Shown here: in pieces, positions 13,742 through 24,894 of the stretch
Layout: the number at the start of each line of letters is the position of its first letter
Position numbering within the stretch: the stretch's first letter is position 1
Source of the DNA: Octopus sinensis
Lineage: Eukaryota
Length of the DNA: 64,000 bases
Reading direction: 5' to 3'
Assembly: GCF_006345805.1 (NCBI RefSeq)
Contig: NC_043002.1
Coordinates: 98,270,001 to 98,334,000 of the forward strand
Position numbers and translations under genes: made by a program
Notes under the pieces: model-generated
Told to the model about the DNA's origin: nothing
Database searches by the model: none
What the model saw: only the letters and a program-made list of their open reading frames with translations

Positions 13742-13924
13742 ATTACTGATCGTAACAGTTTTACGTCATACGTAATTGACACTTGAGTGATTCCTCGTAA
13801 TCTTTATCAGGGCCGAACACCATCAGTGAGCAAATTGTTACTAGTAAGAACCAGGACTCTGACGCAGATACGCAGCATCTGAGTAGGGTCCTAACTGACG
13901 CTGTCTTTCTCTGTTAACACTGGC

Positions 13925-13963
<39 letters not shown>

Positions 13964-13965
<2 letters not shown>

Positions 13966-14094
13966 CGGTTCGGCAAAAGAGACCGATAAAATAAGTACTG
14001 GGCTTACAAAGAATAAGTCCCAGGGTCGATTTGATCGACTAAAGGCGGTGCTCCAGCATGGCCACAGTCAAATGACTGAAACAAGTAAAAGAGA
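13964..14094 (+). mobile_element. SINE family A 3' fragment
   Basis: gcggttcggcaaaagagaccg...gaaacaagtaaaagag. Confidence 0.9.
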
Positions 14095-14120
14095 GTATAT
14101 ATATATATATATATATATAT

Positions 14121-14183
14121 GATTTTGATTTTTTGATTTTTCCAGTTTCAGCTAATGAGCTGTGGCCATGCTGGGGCACCGCC
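14121..14183 (-). mobile_element. Short 62-bp element E (relative of the family A 3' end)
   Basis: Matches 40902-40964 (ggcggtgccccagcatggccacagctcat(t/g)agctgaaactggaaaaatcaaaaa). Confidence 0.75.
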
Positions 14184-14511
14184 ATATATATATATATAAA
14201 CAAGACAAAATAAGTAAATAAATTTTTAGGGCCTCCGTCGGTCATGGCTGACCATGGATGATGTCATCTGTCCATTGAATTGTCTACTCAGTTTTTGTAA
14301 CGCATCCTGTGGCTGTAGAGACCGATGCGAGAATGGCAGTCTCGTTTGCAGAGGTCACAAACCATATTCTTTCGCATCGTCAGGTTGGCAACTAATTTGA
14401 AGTATTGAAGGTAGATTTAATATTCCTACAAAGCATTCCTTATGTGCATGAGAGATTAAACCAAACTTTACCATTCATCTTTTGCAGAGGGTAAAGAAAT
14501 AAATTAAAGTA

Positions 14512-14903
14512 GATAGATAGGAGCACTCCGTCGGTTACGACGATGAGGGTCCCAGCTGATACGATCAACGGAACAGCTTGCTCGTGATATTAACGTGCAA
14601 GTGGCTGAGCACTCCACAGACACATGTACCCTTACCGTAGTTCTCAGGGAGATTCAGCGTGACACACAGAATGTGACAAGGCCGGCCCTTTGAAATACAG
14701 ATACAAGAGAAACAGGAAGAAAGAGCGAGAGAAAGTTGTGGTGAAAGAGTACAGCAGGGATCACCACCATCCCCTGCCGGAGCCTCGTGGAGCTTTAGGT
14801 GTTTTCGCTCAATAAACACTCACAATGCCCGGTCTGGGAATCGAAACAGCGATCCTCCGACCGCGAGTCCGCTGCCCTAACCACTGGACCATTGCGCCTC
14901 CAC
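14512..14903 (-). mobile_element. SINE family B (tRNA-like head), subfamily 1, 11-bp TSD
   Basis: Head gtggaggcgcaatgg(t/c)ccagtggttagggcagcgg; TSD aaattaaagta at 14501-14511 and 14904-14914. Confidence 0.95.
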
Positions 14904-15009
14904 AAATTAAAGTAACACAAATAGTTCTAGCAATGGAATATATTTCATGCTATACAGAAGAGAAATTCAAATGTTTAATTTCGAAATGTGACACATGAAA
15001 CCAATGTAT

Positions 15010-15135
15010 GCGTCAGCCAAAATTGAGAGGATGATCCGGTTTTTGACTGAAGATTAAAGGCTTCCAATGACCCGTCCGTGTTTTTTGAATCGTCTTCTGG
15101 ATGTTTTGCGTTCTTGTCCCATTTTGTATTTATAT
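15010..15135 (+). mobile_element. Dispersed repeat family H (possibly Penelope-like)
   Basis: Matches the reverse complement of 29925-30090 (gactga(a/g)gat...tgacccgtcc...ggatgttttgcgttcttgtcccattttgtattt); class is a guess. Confidence 0.55.
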
Positions 15136-15310
15136 ATATATATTATATATATATATATATATATACGAACAAAACGCCCCCCCCCCCGTCCAATGGACGG
15201 TGCTGAGTTGTCAAACATTTAAACCAAAATTTTCTGAAAACAACTTGTCCGACCGTCCCATAGGCCTCCCCTTTGAGAAACACTGATTTAACCTAAATTT
15301 GAGACACCAG

Positions 15311-15537
15311 CAAAAGAAGAAATAAAGATAGACTTTCTATTCCAACAAAAAGTATTTTACAAATGCACGTTCCCACGGCTTTATCGATCGCATTCCCACC
15401 TGTAATTTTTTCAAGACTTATACACGCCCTGATACCGTCGGTATCTACATGTCAAATTTGAGCGCAGTCGGATGGAGGATGCCCGAGATCCTAGAAGACA
15501 CATGCACACACGCACAGACGGAACGGATTTTATATGA
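15311..15537 (-). mobile_element. 5' part of a non-autonomous Helitron-type element
   Basis: Minus strand starts a|TCatataaaatccgttccgtctgtgcgtg...tcaaatttgacatg, same style as the 12536 and 21457 elements; no 3' hairpin/CTAG found. Confidence 0.5.
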
Positions 15538-15583
<46 letters not shown>

Positions 15584-16011
15584 AGTGTGTGTTTGGGTGT
15601 GTGCGCGTGCGTACATACAGGGAAAGATTGACAGTGGCGAAGCTAATGCGAAGCGCAACTCTGAAGTCGTCACTATTAACCTTCTGCACACTTAATGTCA
15701 GTGAAACTCGCGACATATCTGATCCAGCGGGAAACTTGTGCTTTCAGTATTCTGCAATCAGAGAAGGACGTTGACAGGCTACGACGCAAGGCACCAGACA
15801 TGATCGGAATATCAATCAATACGAGAGCATATCCGAAATAAAGTAATTCGAGAAAGGAGCGGATTGAACAATTTACGAATTCTGGATAGTCAAATACAAA
15901 GAGAAACGGGATATGATGTTTATCTTTGCTTTATTTATTTGCATTTGAATTTCTCTTCTGTATAGCATAAAATATATTCCATTGCTAGAACTATTTGTGT
16001 TACTTTAATTT

Positions 16012-16403
16012 GTGGAGGCGCAATGGTCCAGTGGTTAGGGCAGCGGACTCGCGGTCGGAGGATCGCGGTTTCGATTCCCAGACCGGGCATTGTGAGTGTT
16101 TATTGAGCGAAAACACCTAAAGCTCCACGAGGCTCCGGCAGGGGATGGTGGTGATCCCTGCTGTACTCTTTCACCACAACTTTCTCTCGCTCTTTCTTCC
16201 TGTTTCTCTTGTATCTGTATTTCAAAGGGCCAGCCTTGTCACATTCTGTGTGTCACGCTGAATCTCCCTGAGAACTACGGTAAGGGTACACGTGTCTGTG
16301 GAGTGCTCAGCCACTTGCACGTTAATATCACGAGCAAGCTGTTCCGTTGATCGTATCAGCTGGGACCCTCATCGTCGTAACCGACGGAGTGCTCCTATCT
16401 ATC
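16012..16403 (+). mobile_element. SINE family B subfamily 1 (copy within inverted duplication)
   Basis: TSD tactttaattt at 16001-16011 and 16404-16414; mirror of 14512-14903. Confidence 0.95.
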
Positions 16404-16589
16404 TACTTTAATTTATTTCTTTACCCTCTACAAAAGATGAATGGTAAAGTTTGGTTTAATCCCTCATGCACATAAGGAATGCTTTGTAGGAATATTAAAT
16501 CTACCTTCAATACTTCGAATTAGTTGCCAACCTGACGATGCGAAACGAATCACAAAAATTAAACACACTTCCAGCAGGTTAGAAATTCT

Positions 16590-16974
16590 TTTTTACTCTA
16601 GGTACAAGGGCCGAAATTTTTGGGAAGGACGCCAGTCGATTACATTGACCCCAGTACGCAACTGATACTTAATTTATCGACTCCGAAAAGATGAAAAGCA
16701 AAGTCACCTCAGCGGAATTTGAACTCAGAACGTAGCGGCAGACGAAATACCTATTTCTTTACTACCTACAAGGGGTTAAACACAGAGAGGACAAACAAAC
16801 GGATTAAGTCGATTATATTGACCCCAGTGCGTAACTGGTACTTAATTTATCGACCCCGAAAGGATGAAAGGCAAAGTCGACCTCGGCGGAATTTGAACTC
16901 AGAACGTAGCGGCGGACGAAATACGGATATACATTTCGCCCGGCGTGCTAACGATTCTGCCAGCTCGCCGCCTT
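16590..16974 (-). mobile_element. SINE C'/C chimeric dimer
   Basis: Old C' tail+core, junction gacgaaatacc|tatttc at about 16751, then C tail+core+head. Confidence 0.88.
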
Positions 16975-17409
16975 AGCAGGTAGGAAATCCATGAGTATAG
17001 TCAAATAAAAAAAAGAAAGACTTCTTTATTTGAAATGACAATTAACCAGGATGATTTCTTTTTCTTTCTTCTGTAAGTCGATTACATCGACTCCTGTGTT
17101 CACAACTGGTATTTATTTTATTGACCCTGTAAGGCAGGAAAACTCAGTCAATCATGACGGGATTTGAACTCGGAACGTAAAGCTTGAAGAAATGCCTCTA
17201 AACATTTTGTCCGGCTTGCAGATGATTCTGCCAGCTTGCCAACCGAGATAAAATGAGGGTTTTCATATGTGGATGCAGTTTGCAAATTATCAGGAAAACG
17301 ATAAAAATACTCGATTGATTCTATATTTCATGAACCCTACTCCGTCGAAAGAGAAACTCGGCTTCGGCGAGATTTGAACTCGGAACGTAACTAGATCTAA
17401 CAAAATACC

Positions 17410-17765
17410 TATTTCTTTACTTCCCACAAGGGGCTAAACACAGAGGGGACAAACACGGACAGACAAAGAGATTAAGTCGATTACATCGACCCCAGTGCGT
17501 ATCTGGTACTTATTTAATCGACCCCGAAAGGATGAAAGGCAAAGTCGACCACGGCGGAATTTGAACTCAGAACGTAACGGCAGATGAAATACGGCTACGC
17601 ATTTCGCCCGGCGTGCTAACGTTTCTGCCAGCTCGCCGCCTGTCACTGGAATACACACGCGCGAGCTGGCAGAAACGTTAGCAAGACGGGCGAAATGCGT
17701 AGCCGTATTTCGTCTGCCGTTACGTTCTGAGTTCAAATTCCGCCGAGGTCGACTTTGCCTTTCAT
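17410..17765. mobile_element. SINE C composite: full minus copy + 20-nt spacer + inverted 5' half, single TSD
   Basis: Minus copy 17410-17640, plus-strand half 17661-17765; atctaacaaaatacc at 17395-17409 and 17764-17778. Confidence 0.88.
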
Positions 17766-18849
17766 CTAACAAAATACCGTACACATTTTGTCGGGCGGGT
17801 GCTCTAACAGCCCTGCCAACACACCGCGTTTATTTTCCATCACCTTACATTTCATCTCGTTATTGGTGATACCAAGTCATCTGCAGACGTTTAATCTAAA
17901 ACCAAAATTTCCTACTCGTTTCATTCCTCCTTTATTTATAGATCCAGATTCTTATAACAGATTACGGGTTGCGTGATGGCTTCTGTGCAACAGTAGATTT
18001 GTACGTTAAGCCGATAATGCACAGGGGTTGGGGTTTCAGAGCAGCATGTCAATTAAAGTGTTTCTATAACGAATGTTGCACATACTTATTCTGATCTATT
18101 ATGTGAAAAGTGATATATGGCAAAAGCATAAATCTATGGATTACAGTCATTTTGTATTGTATGTTTTCCAAAGTAGTTATACTTAGATGGCTGCAAGCAT
18201 ATACGTGTGTATAAGAGGTTAGTTTTGCAACCACATGGTTCCAAATCAGATTCTTTTATTCGGAGACTTGGACAAATGTCTCCTTCATAGATTCGTGTTG
18301 GTTAATGGCTTAAAATGAAATTTGGCTAACGGAAACTGTGATGGTTGTGTGTGTGTGTGTTTGTATGTGTGTGTTTGTTTGTATGTGTGGTGTGTGTTAT
18401 GTATTGTGTGTTGGTATGTATGTATCGATATCGTAGAACATTAATTCTCTAACAATCAAGTGATGTAAGAAAATTTGTATAAATATAAAGCGGTAGTTAA
18501 AAGAAATGCACCACAGAAAACCAGAAGCCCTCTAGCATCCTGATGATGAGGCTGAGTTAATCTGATACATATATGGAACACCTTTCCTTTTAAACATATG
18601 TTGAAAATGTGACTGTTCTATTTTAATCTTTTAAATATTTTTTTTTATTCTTGCATTTTTTCACACCTACTTCCAAGCAAGGAAAATAGTTCCTTGTGGC
18701 CAAACATGTTTTTACAGAGAACTGGAAATGAACTCACGTGCACACACACCCTTTATACATCTATACAAGCTTCTTTTAAGTTCCATCTTCCCTAAATCCA
18801 CTCTCAAATCTTTGAACGGTGATGTATTGGGAAGTTATTTTATGTATCT

Positions 18850-19215
18850 GTTATCTTTTACTTGTTTCACTTAGTGGACTGCGGCCGTGCTGGGGCACCG
18901 CGTTGAAAGGTTTAGTGAACAAATCGACACTAGTAGATATTTTTTAGAGTCTGGTACTTATTTTATTGGCTTCTTTTACCGAGCTGCTATGTTACGGGAA
19001 CTTAAAAAAGCCCAACACCAGTTGTCATGAGGTGGAGGGGGACAAACACACATCTATATATATATATATATTCGACAGGCTTCTTTCAGTTTCCATCTAC
19101 CGAATCCACTCACAAGGCTTTCTTTCATTACACTGGAAGACACTTGCCCAAGCTTCCGCACAGTGGGACCAAACCGAAGGTCACACGGCTGGAAAGCAAG
19201 CTTCTAAATCACTCA
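18850..19215 (-). mobile_element. SINE family A, older diverged copy
   Basis: gactgcggccgtgctggggcaccg...gacaggcttctttcagtttcc...acacttgcccaag. Confidence 0.8.
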
Positions 19216-19699
19216 CCCCCTTTCAAAATAGAACAGTTTTTGTTCTCAGCACGAAACGAATGGGATTCGTCTTTTATAACCATTGTCTTCCCCAACATCT
19301 TATCCAGCAGATTGTTATTGTGACTCTTATCATTGTTGTTTATTTTATGGTACCCTTAAACATAATTCCTTGTTCGTGTAATAGGAAGTTTTCTTTCTTT
19401 TCTCGTTTGTAGCTCACAAACCACTTAAAATTTGTTGTTCAAGTATGTAATAAACTCGTTGCAATCACGCACGCGCACACACGCGTATGCTGATTTTTAT
19501 GTGTGACTCGGAGGAGGACGAGCAGTACCTGTATTAATTTTCCTCCAAGACTGATGGAAATGTATGTATGCGTGGGTGAGTCTCCTCAAACCGGACATCT
19601 GACCTTAATACATACAACTATGTAGACCACACGTAAAGTACTCAAGATCCAAGTAGTGGTGCTAAACTGAGTGACACCATCACCCGGTTTTTTTTTCTT

Positions 19700-20110
19700 C
19701 CTTATTTGTTTCAGTCAATGGGCCACGGCTGGCGCGTCCCCGAATCGCCGCCCGCCTTTCAACGCTCGTAGGTTCGTTCTCTCACAATCGAACTCTTTTC
19801 TTTTTTTTTTTTTTCGTTTCCACATTTTCCTCGGCGGGTTTCGTCAAACGTTACTTATTCGTTTTAAGTTTAGCACTTATTCCATTGGGGACGTAAACAA
19901 ACCAACGCGTTATCAAGCAGTGGCAGGTGATAGAGCAAAAATAAAACACGTACATACTTATATATACAACGGGATTCCATGTAGTTTCCTTCTACTAAAT
20001 TCACTCGCAAAACATTGGTTGACTCGGAGCTATAGTAGAAAACACTTGCCGAAGATGCTACGTGGTAGAACTGAACCCGGAACCTCGTGTTTGCGAAGCG
20101 AACTTTTTAA
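19700..20110 (-). mobile_element. SINE family A, strongly decayed
   Basis: Recognisable tail (tgtttcagtca) and head (actgaacccggaacc) segments. Confidence 0.65.
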
Positions 20111-21456
20111 GCACAACCACATACACTTTTCACTTGTTTTAATCAATGAACTGTGGCCATGCTGGAGCACTGCCTTAGATAGATAGATAGATGTGCGTGG
20201 GTGGATGTTATAGTACTTTGAAATTTCCAATTGAAATAACTAAGATCTTTTCTTAAATTGGAATCGGTTGGGTGTACTGGGAAAAAATCTCAAGTTGAAA
20301 TTTGAACTCGGATCGTTTTATAATAAGCACTTAAAAAAATGGTTTCTTAATCGATTCTAATTACGAGCCTTATTGAATTTATGTTAGTTCGTTAATTTCA
20401 AATTCGTTTAAAATTGCTTCTGTTTTTAATTGTATTCACTGTAATCTTTCGCTCTCAACCACTAATAATGGCTGGCTTGGCCAACAAAAAGTAAAAGAAA
20501 AAAACTATGCTCAATTTAAAATGTTGTGAGGGTGGGAGATTTATTCGAAGTTTTCAAACCCCTTTATATAATAAAATACTGAGTATGTCATTTAAAATAT
20601 TGTATCTTAAGCCCCGTCCCCCCCCACACCTCATCTCCTGGAGGGGCATGTTAGGAATATAAAAGGGTCGGACAAACTGCCATACTTAATAAAATTAATA
20701 TGGTTTTTAAATTGTCCAAAAACATGGCAAGGAAAGAAGAATTATACGGATGCAAACTCTGATTCATTTTCTCATTAATGTACGGATGGGATAAGGGCTA
20801 AAAAAATATCCTTAATTTTGGGGGTGGTAGGGGTTTGGTGGAGAGGGGATACATATCAGTTTTGCGAATCGCTTATTTAAAGCGTTTGAATACACTCAGG
20901 GCCGTTTTTCAATTTATTTTACTTTCTATCTACGCAGTTGTAGAGAGCATGCTTCCAATCCATAGTTCGTATCAACGCCTGTCTCCCTCTTGTATGTGAT
21001 TGATCAACCAAATCTCCCTCACATCATAGTCTATCGTCTTAAAATGTGAAGGGCATACTAGAAAATGTTCTGGATCAGGCATGGCAGACTTTTTTCGAGA
21101 AGCGAGTCTCATAAGACATGATTCTTCATCTGGCGAGCCGCACTAATAAAAGCAATTTAAGATGATTTTTCGCCTGTGTGCCATTCAGAAGGTCCAGCAG
21201 GCCGTACTACACCTTATTCTAGATACATATAAAGAATAGGAGTGTCGTGTTCGAAACATCGCTGTCTATTCGTATAGTGAGTCAGAAAGGGAAAGCTTCT
21301 CTGGGTCTGAGTGATTGCTCAGTCTACCAGAAACAGCAGTGAAGTCCTTGATTAATGTAAATCTGTTTACATTTCAAAGTATAAATGTTAGAAGCATCGA
21401 GAAATATATAAATTATTTAACGGTGTATCTCGAAACGAATAATACCTTGTAATATA

Positions 21457-21847
21457 TCATATATAAAAGTGAGGTTGTGTGCTGTCTGTCTCCTACGATT
21501 TAGATTCCTAACTACTCCCACATTTTGCGGTGCAGTTAACCAAAACCAGGTATCTTATAGTCGTGATTCATATCGAGCCCTTCTGAGTATTAGCGCGCGT
21601 CTACGATGAGTCTACGATTTTAAAAAAAAATTACCATAATTTTCCCCATTTTTAATGCATTTTTGGCATATATAAGGGAAGTAACTCTCTAAAAATTTAT
21701 TATTAAATCTCAGAACGTAAAAAGCTACAGTAACACCCCTCCTTTGTGGTTAGCCATATTGAGATGGCTATTATACTTTACATCCCTAAAAATGCTTATA
21801 TAGTTATTCCCCTTACAAACCCGAGCAACGCCGGGCGATACTGCTAG
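21457..21847 (+). mobile_element. Non-autonomous Helitron (second family)
   Basis: a|TCatatataaaagtgagg...cccgagcaacgccggg (21820-21835) cgatactgCTAG|t. Confidence 0.9.
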
Positions 21848-21862
21848 TTACATTATACATTA

Positions 21863-22085
21863 AGGCGGCGAGCTGGTAGAATCGTTAGCACGGAGGACGA
21901 AACGCTTGGCGGCAATTCGTCCGTCTTTACGTTCTGAGTTCAAATACCGCCAAGGTTGATTTTTGCCTTTCAAACTTTGGGGGTCGATAAAATAAGTAAC
22001 CGGTTGAGCACTGAAGTCGATGTAAACGATTTACCCCTTCCCCAAAATTGCTGACTTTGTGCCAAAATTTGAAACCAATATATTA
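21863..22085 (+). mobile_element. SINE family C'
   Basis: aaggcggcgagctggtagaatcg...ccccaaaattgctgactttgtgccaaaatttgaaacc. Confidence 0.85.
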
Positions 22086-23105
22086 GGTTATACATTTGTA
22101 CGGAAGATGCATGGTTCGCGTCCCGAAAGTAGCTTCCAGCCTTTTTTTTTTTTCCATCGAAGGTTATTTTTAACCCATTATATTACAAGCTATCACCTAC
22201 AGTTGTACTAGTTTCGAGATACGTCGTTAAAATGATTTAACACGATAGTGTAGCTGTAGGTGTTTCTAAAAAGTTGTGATGGCCTTGATTGGATTACTTT
22301 TGATCATAGGCCTATTGAATTTCGGTTAACTTAGGGTTAAACAACAGCAACAATATCAACAACGGGCGATGATATTTTTATTGAGGCCAGTGCCTCTTCA
22401 CGCCTTCTGCTCCCACACCACGTTTGTTTTTATTGCAGTGTGGATTCTTCTCATACTGCCATAACTTTTATCAGCTAATCAAATTTAGTGGACCAGATCC
22501 ATATTAATTAACTGTTTTAAGCAGTTTGCCATGCAGTGAATTTCGGGAGGTTACTCATTCTCCTTTCAAATAATTGAAATCTCTCTCTCTCTCTCTCTCA
22601 TTACCTTCCTTTTCCACCGTCATCACAATCCCTCCTCTTGTACCCCCACTTTTTTTTTTCGTGAATATTCTTCTGTGAATAAAGCACATCTTATTTATTA
22701 AGGGACTTGTATTTGTCGTGAATCACATATTTGATTTGTTATAATTAGGGCAGACATATCTGGTTGGTGGCGTATGTACACACCAAACTGAAAAGGCAAA
22801 TTTAAGCATTAAAGCAAATGCGCATGCGTACACCATTATCAGCGTGACCAATACCACCATCACCACGACTACTGCTGCTACCAACAAAAAAATTAGTGTT
22901 GACGAAGATGTATGTAAGCGCTCGCCCGAAACGAATTGTGTTCCTGCCTGAATCGTTACATTGCCGGATAGAATGACTTGCAGTATTTGTTTTGGTTGTC
23001 TGCGCACTGAGTTCAAGTCCCGCCTAGGTCAACTTCGCTTGTCATCCTTTCGGGAGTCGATTGAAAAAATTGTATCAGTCTACGAGAGTAGATTGGCAGA
23101 ATTGA

Positions 23106-23491
23106 TGGAAGCACTCCGTCGGTTACGACGATGAGGGTTCCGGTTGATCCGAATCAACGGAACAGCCTGCTCGTGAAATTAACGCGTAAGTGGCTGAGCA
23201 CTCCACAGACACGTGTACCCTTAACTTAGTTCTCGGGGATATTCAGCGTGACACAGAGTGACAAGGCCGGCCCTTTGAAATACAGGTACAACAGAAACAG
23301 GAAGTAAGAGTGAGAGAAAGTTGTGGTGAAAGAGTGCAGCAGGGATCACCACCATCCCCTGCCGGAGCCTCGGGGAGCTTTTTTAGGTGTTTTCGCTCAA
23401 TAAACACTCACAACGCCCGGTCTGGGAATCGAAACCGCGATCCTATGACCGCGAGTCCGCTGCCCTAACCACTGGGCCATTGCGCCTCCAC
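23106..23491 (-). mobile_element. SINE family B subfamily 2, 12-bp TSD
   Basis: TSD tggcagaattga at 23094-23105 and 23492-23503. Confidence 0.95.
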
Positions 23492-23870
23492 TGGCAGAAT
23501 TGAAGAACGTCGGACACGATGCCATTGCAGTAGTTGTCTCGGTTCTCTATGTTCTGAGTTTGAATCCCGACATGTTTCACATCGGTGATTGACTTAATCT
23601 GTTGCCCAGTATATCGCCATCACCTGATACAATGGGTACCGTCAGCGGAGTTCACTCTGTTGTATTCGGGAAAAGGTTTTTTGTTTTAGGATATCTCCCA
23701 CTCTCCAGTCTTGGAGACCATGTAACCTGACGCTGGGTACTGCGCTCGTTCTTACGGTCATCGTAGCCATTCTGTTATTGTTTAGTTCCAGGACTAAATG
23801 AACCTATGATCTAAAGTATTCCAACGATGACCTTTCGCATTTTATGTGTATGGAGCGCTATATCATATGA

Positions 23871-24471
23871 CTAGCAGTATCGCCCGGAGTTGCTCGGGTA
23901 TGTAAGGGAAATAACTATATAAGCATTTTTAGAGAGTTATAGCCGAAAAATAGCAAAAAAAAATGCATTAAAAATTGAAAAAAAAATGATGGTAAATTTT
24001 TTTTAAATCGTTGACTCATCGTAGACATTTTTTAGAGAGTTACTTCCCTTATATAATAGCGAAAAAATGCATTAAAATGGAAAAAATTATGGTAAATTTT
24101 TTTTTAATCGTAGACTCATCGTAGACATTTTTTAGAGAGTTACTTCCCTTATATAACAGCGAAAAAATGCATTAAAATGGAAAAAATTATGGTAAATTTT
24201 TTTTTTAAATCGTTGACTCATCGTAGACATTTTTTAGAGAGTTACTTCCCTTATATAATAGCGAAAAAATGCATTAAAATGGAAAAAATTATGGTAAATT
24301 TTTTTTTAATCGTAGACTCATCGTAGACGCGCGCTAATACCCAGAAGGGCTCGATATGAATCACGACTATAAGATACCCGGTTTTGGTTAAACTGCACCG
24401 CAAAATGTGGGAGTAGTTAGGAATCTAAATCGTAGGAGACAGACACACAACTTCACTTTTATATATAAAGA
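23871..24471 (-). mobile_element. Non-autonomous Helitron (same family as 21457) with internal ~100-bp tandem array
   Basis: a|CTAGcagtatcgcccggagttgctcggg at the left end; ttttatatataaaGA|t at the right end; about 4 tandem units at 23925-24328. Confidence 0.9.
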
Positions 24472-24484
24472 TATGCCCTGTACA

Positions 24485-24730
24485 TTTATATCTTTGTTTG
24501 TCCTGTGTATCACATGTGATACACGGGACATGATTTCCTTGACGTCCATGCATCATATGTGATACGTATTCCCAAATTTTTTTCAACCACCAGAGTAACT
24601 TAGAACTTACGATAGGAAAACTTTACATTACTCAGAACATATGAAAACAAGGGCTAACTAAAAGTCTGAAAACAAGCTTAGGCATTTAGGAAAAAACTTA
24701 CGAAAATGCTTTGGACAGGCAAAGGGTTAA
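24485..24730. mobile_element. piggyBac-like (TTAA) MITE
   Basis: Right end ggacaggcaaagggTTAA versus decayed left end ttatatctttgtttgtcc; perfect 20-bp palindrome gtgtatcacatgtgatacac at 24505-24524. Confidence 0.55.
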
Positions 24731-24859
24731 ATAAAACAGAAGATTTAACTGCTATTTCAAATGGTTCGAACAACCACATGAAAGGTTGGTTCCCTTGTTG
24801 GCTTTTGTTGATATTGTTACTATTGTTAATGTTAATAGGTTTTATTCTTTGGTACTTAC

Positions 24860-24894
24860 CAGTAATGAATTCGCCCGTTCCATCTCCAGTAGAG
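24860..24894 (-). other. Candidate 35-nt internal exon of an unidentified host gene
   Basis: Minus strand cattcatttatttAG|ctctactggagatggaacgggcgaattcattactg|GTAAGT; all three frames are open (LLEMERANSLL / STGDGTGEFIT / LYWRWNGRIHY). No homology recognised. Confidence 0.35.

Noticed and set aside
14355-14364. 9-bp TSD (cacaaacca / cacaaaaat) that would make the inverted duplication a Mutator-like element
   Set aside because: Only 6 of 9 bases match while the arms are about 98% identical; too divergent to accept.
15749-15840. Possible terminal exon ILQSEKDVDRLRRKAPDMIGISINTRAYPK*
   Set aside because: No recognisable homology or partner exons; short open frames like this are common.
16012-16090. 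tRNA-like sequence (tggtccagtggttagg...ggtttcgattccc)
   Set aside because: SINE head: no closing acceptor stem, and it continues into a ~390-bp repeat with a TSD. The same holds for A, C and F heads; no true tRNA gene was found.
16096-16350. Recurrent ORF MFIERKHLKLHEAPAGDGGDPCC...
   Set aside because: Internal to SINE B; frames break differently among copies, so it is not a conserved protein.
16533-16550. CUGACGA-UGC-GAAAC at the outer end of the inverted duplication
   Set aside because: No stem II can form and the mirror copy reads GAAAG; treated as chance. Similar failures at 60160 (ctgatgaaaatttcactgaaac), 45410-45430 and 53123.
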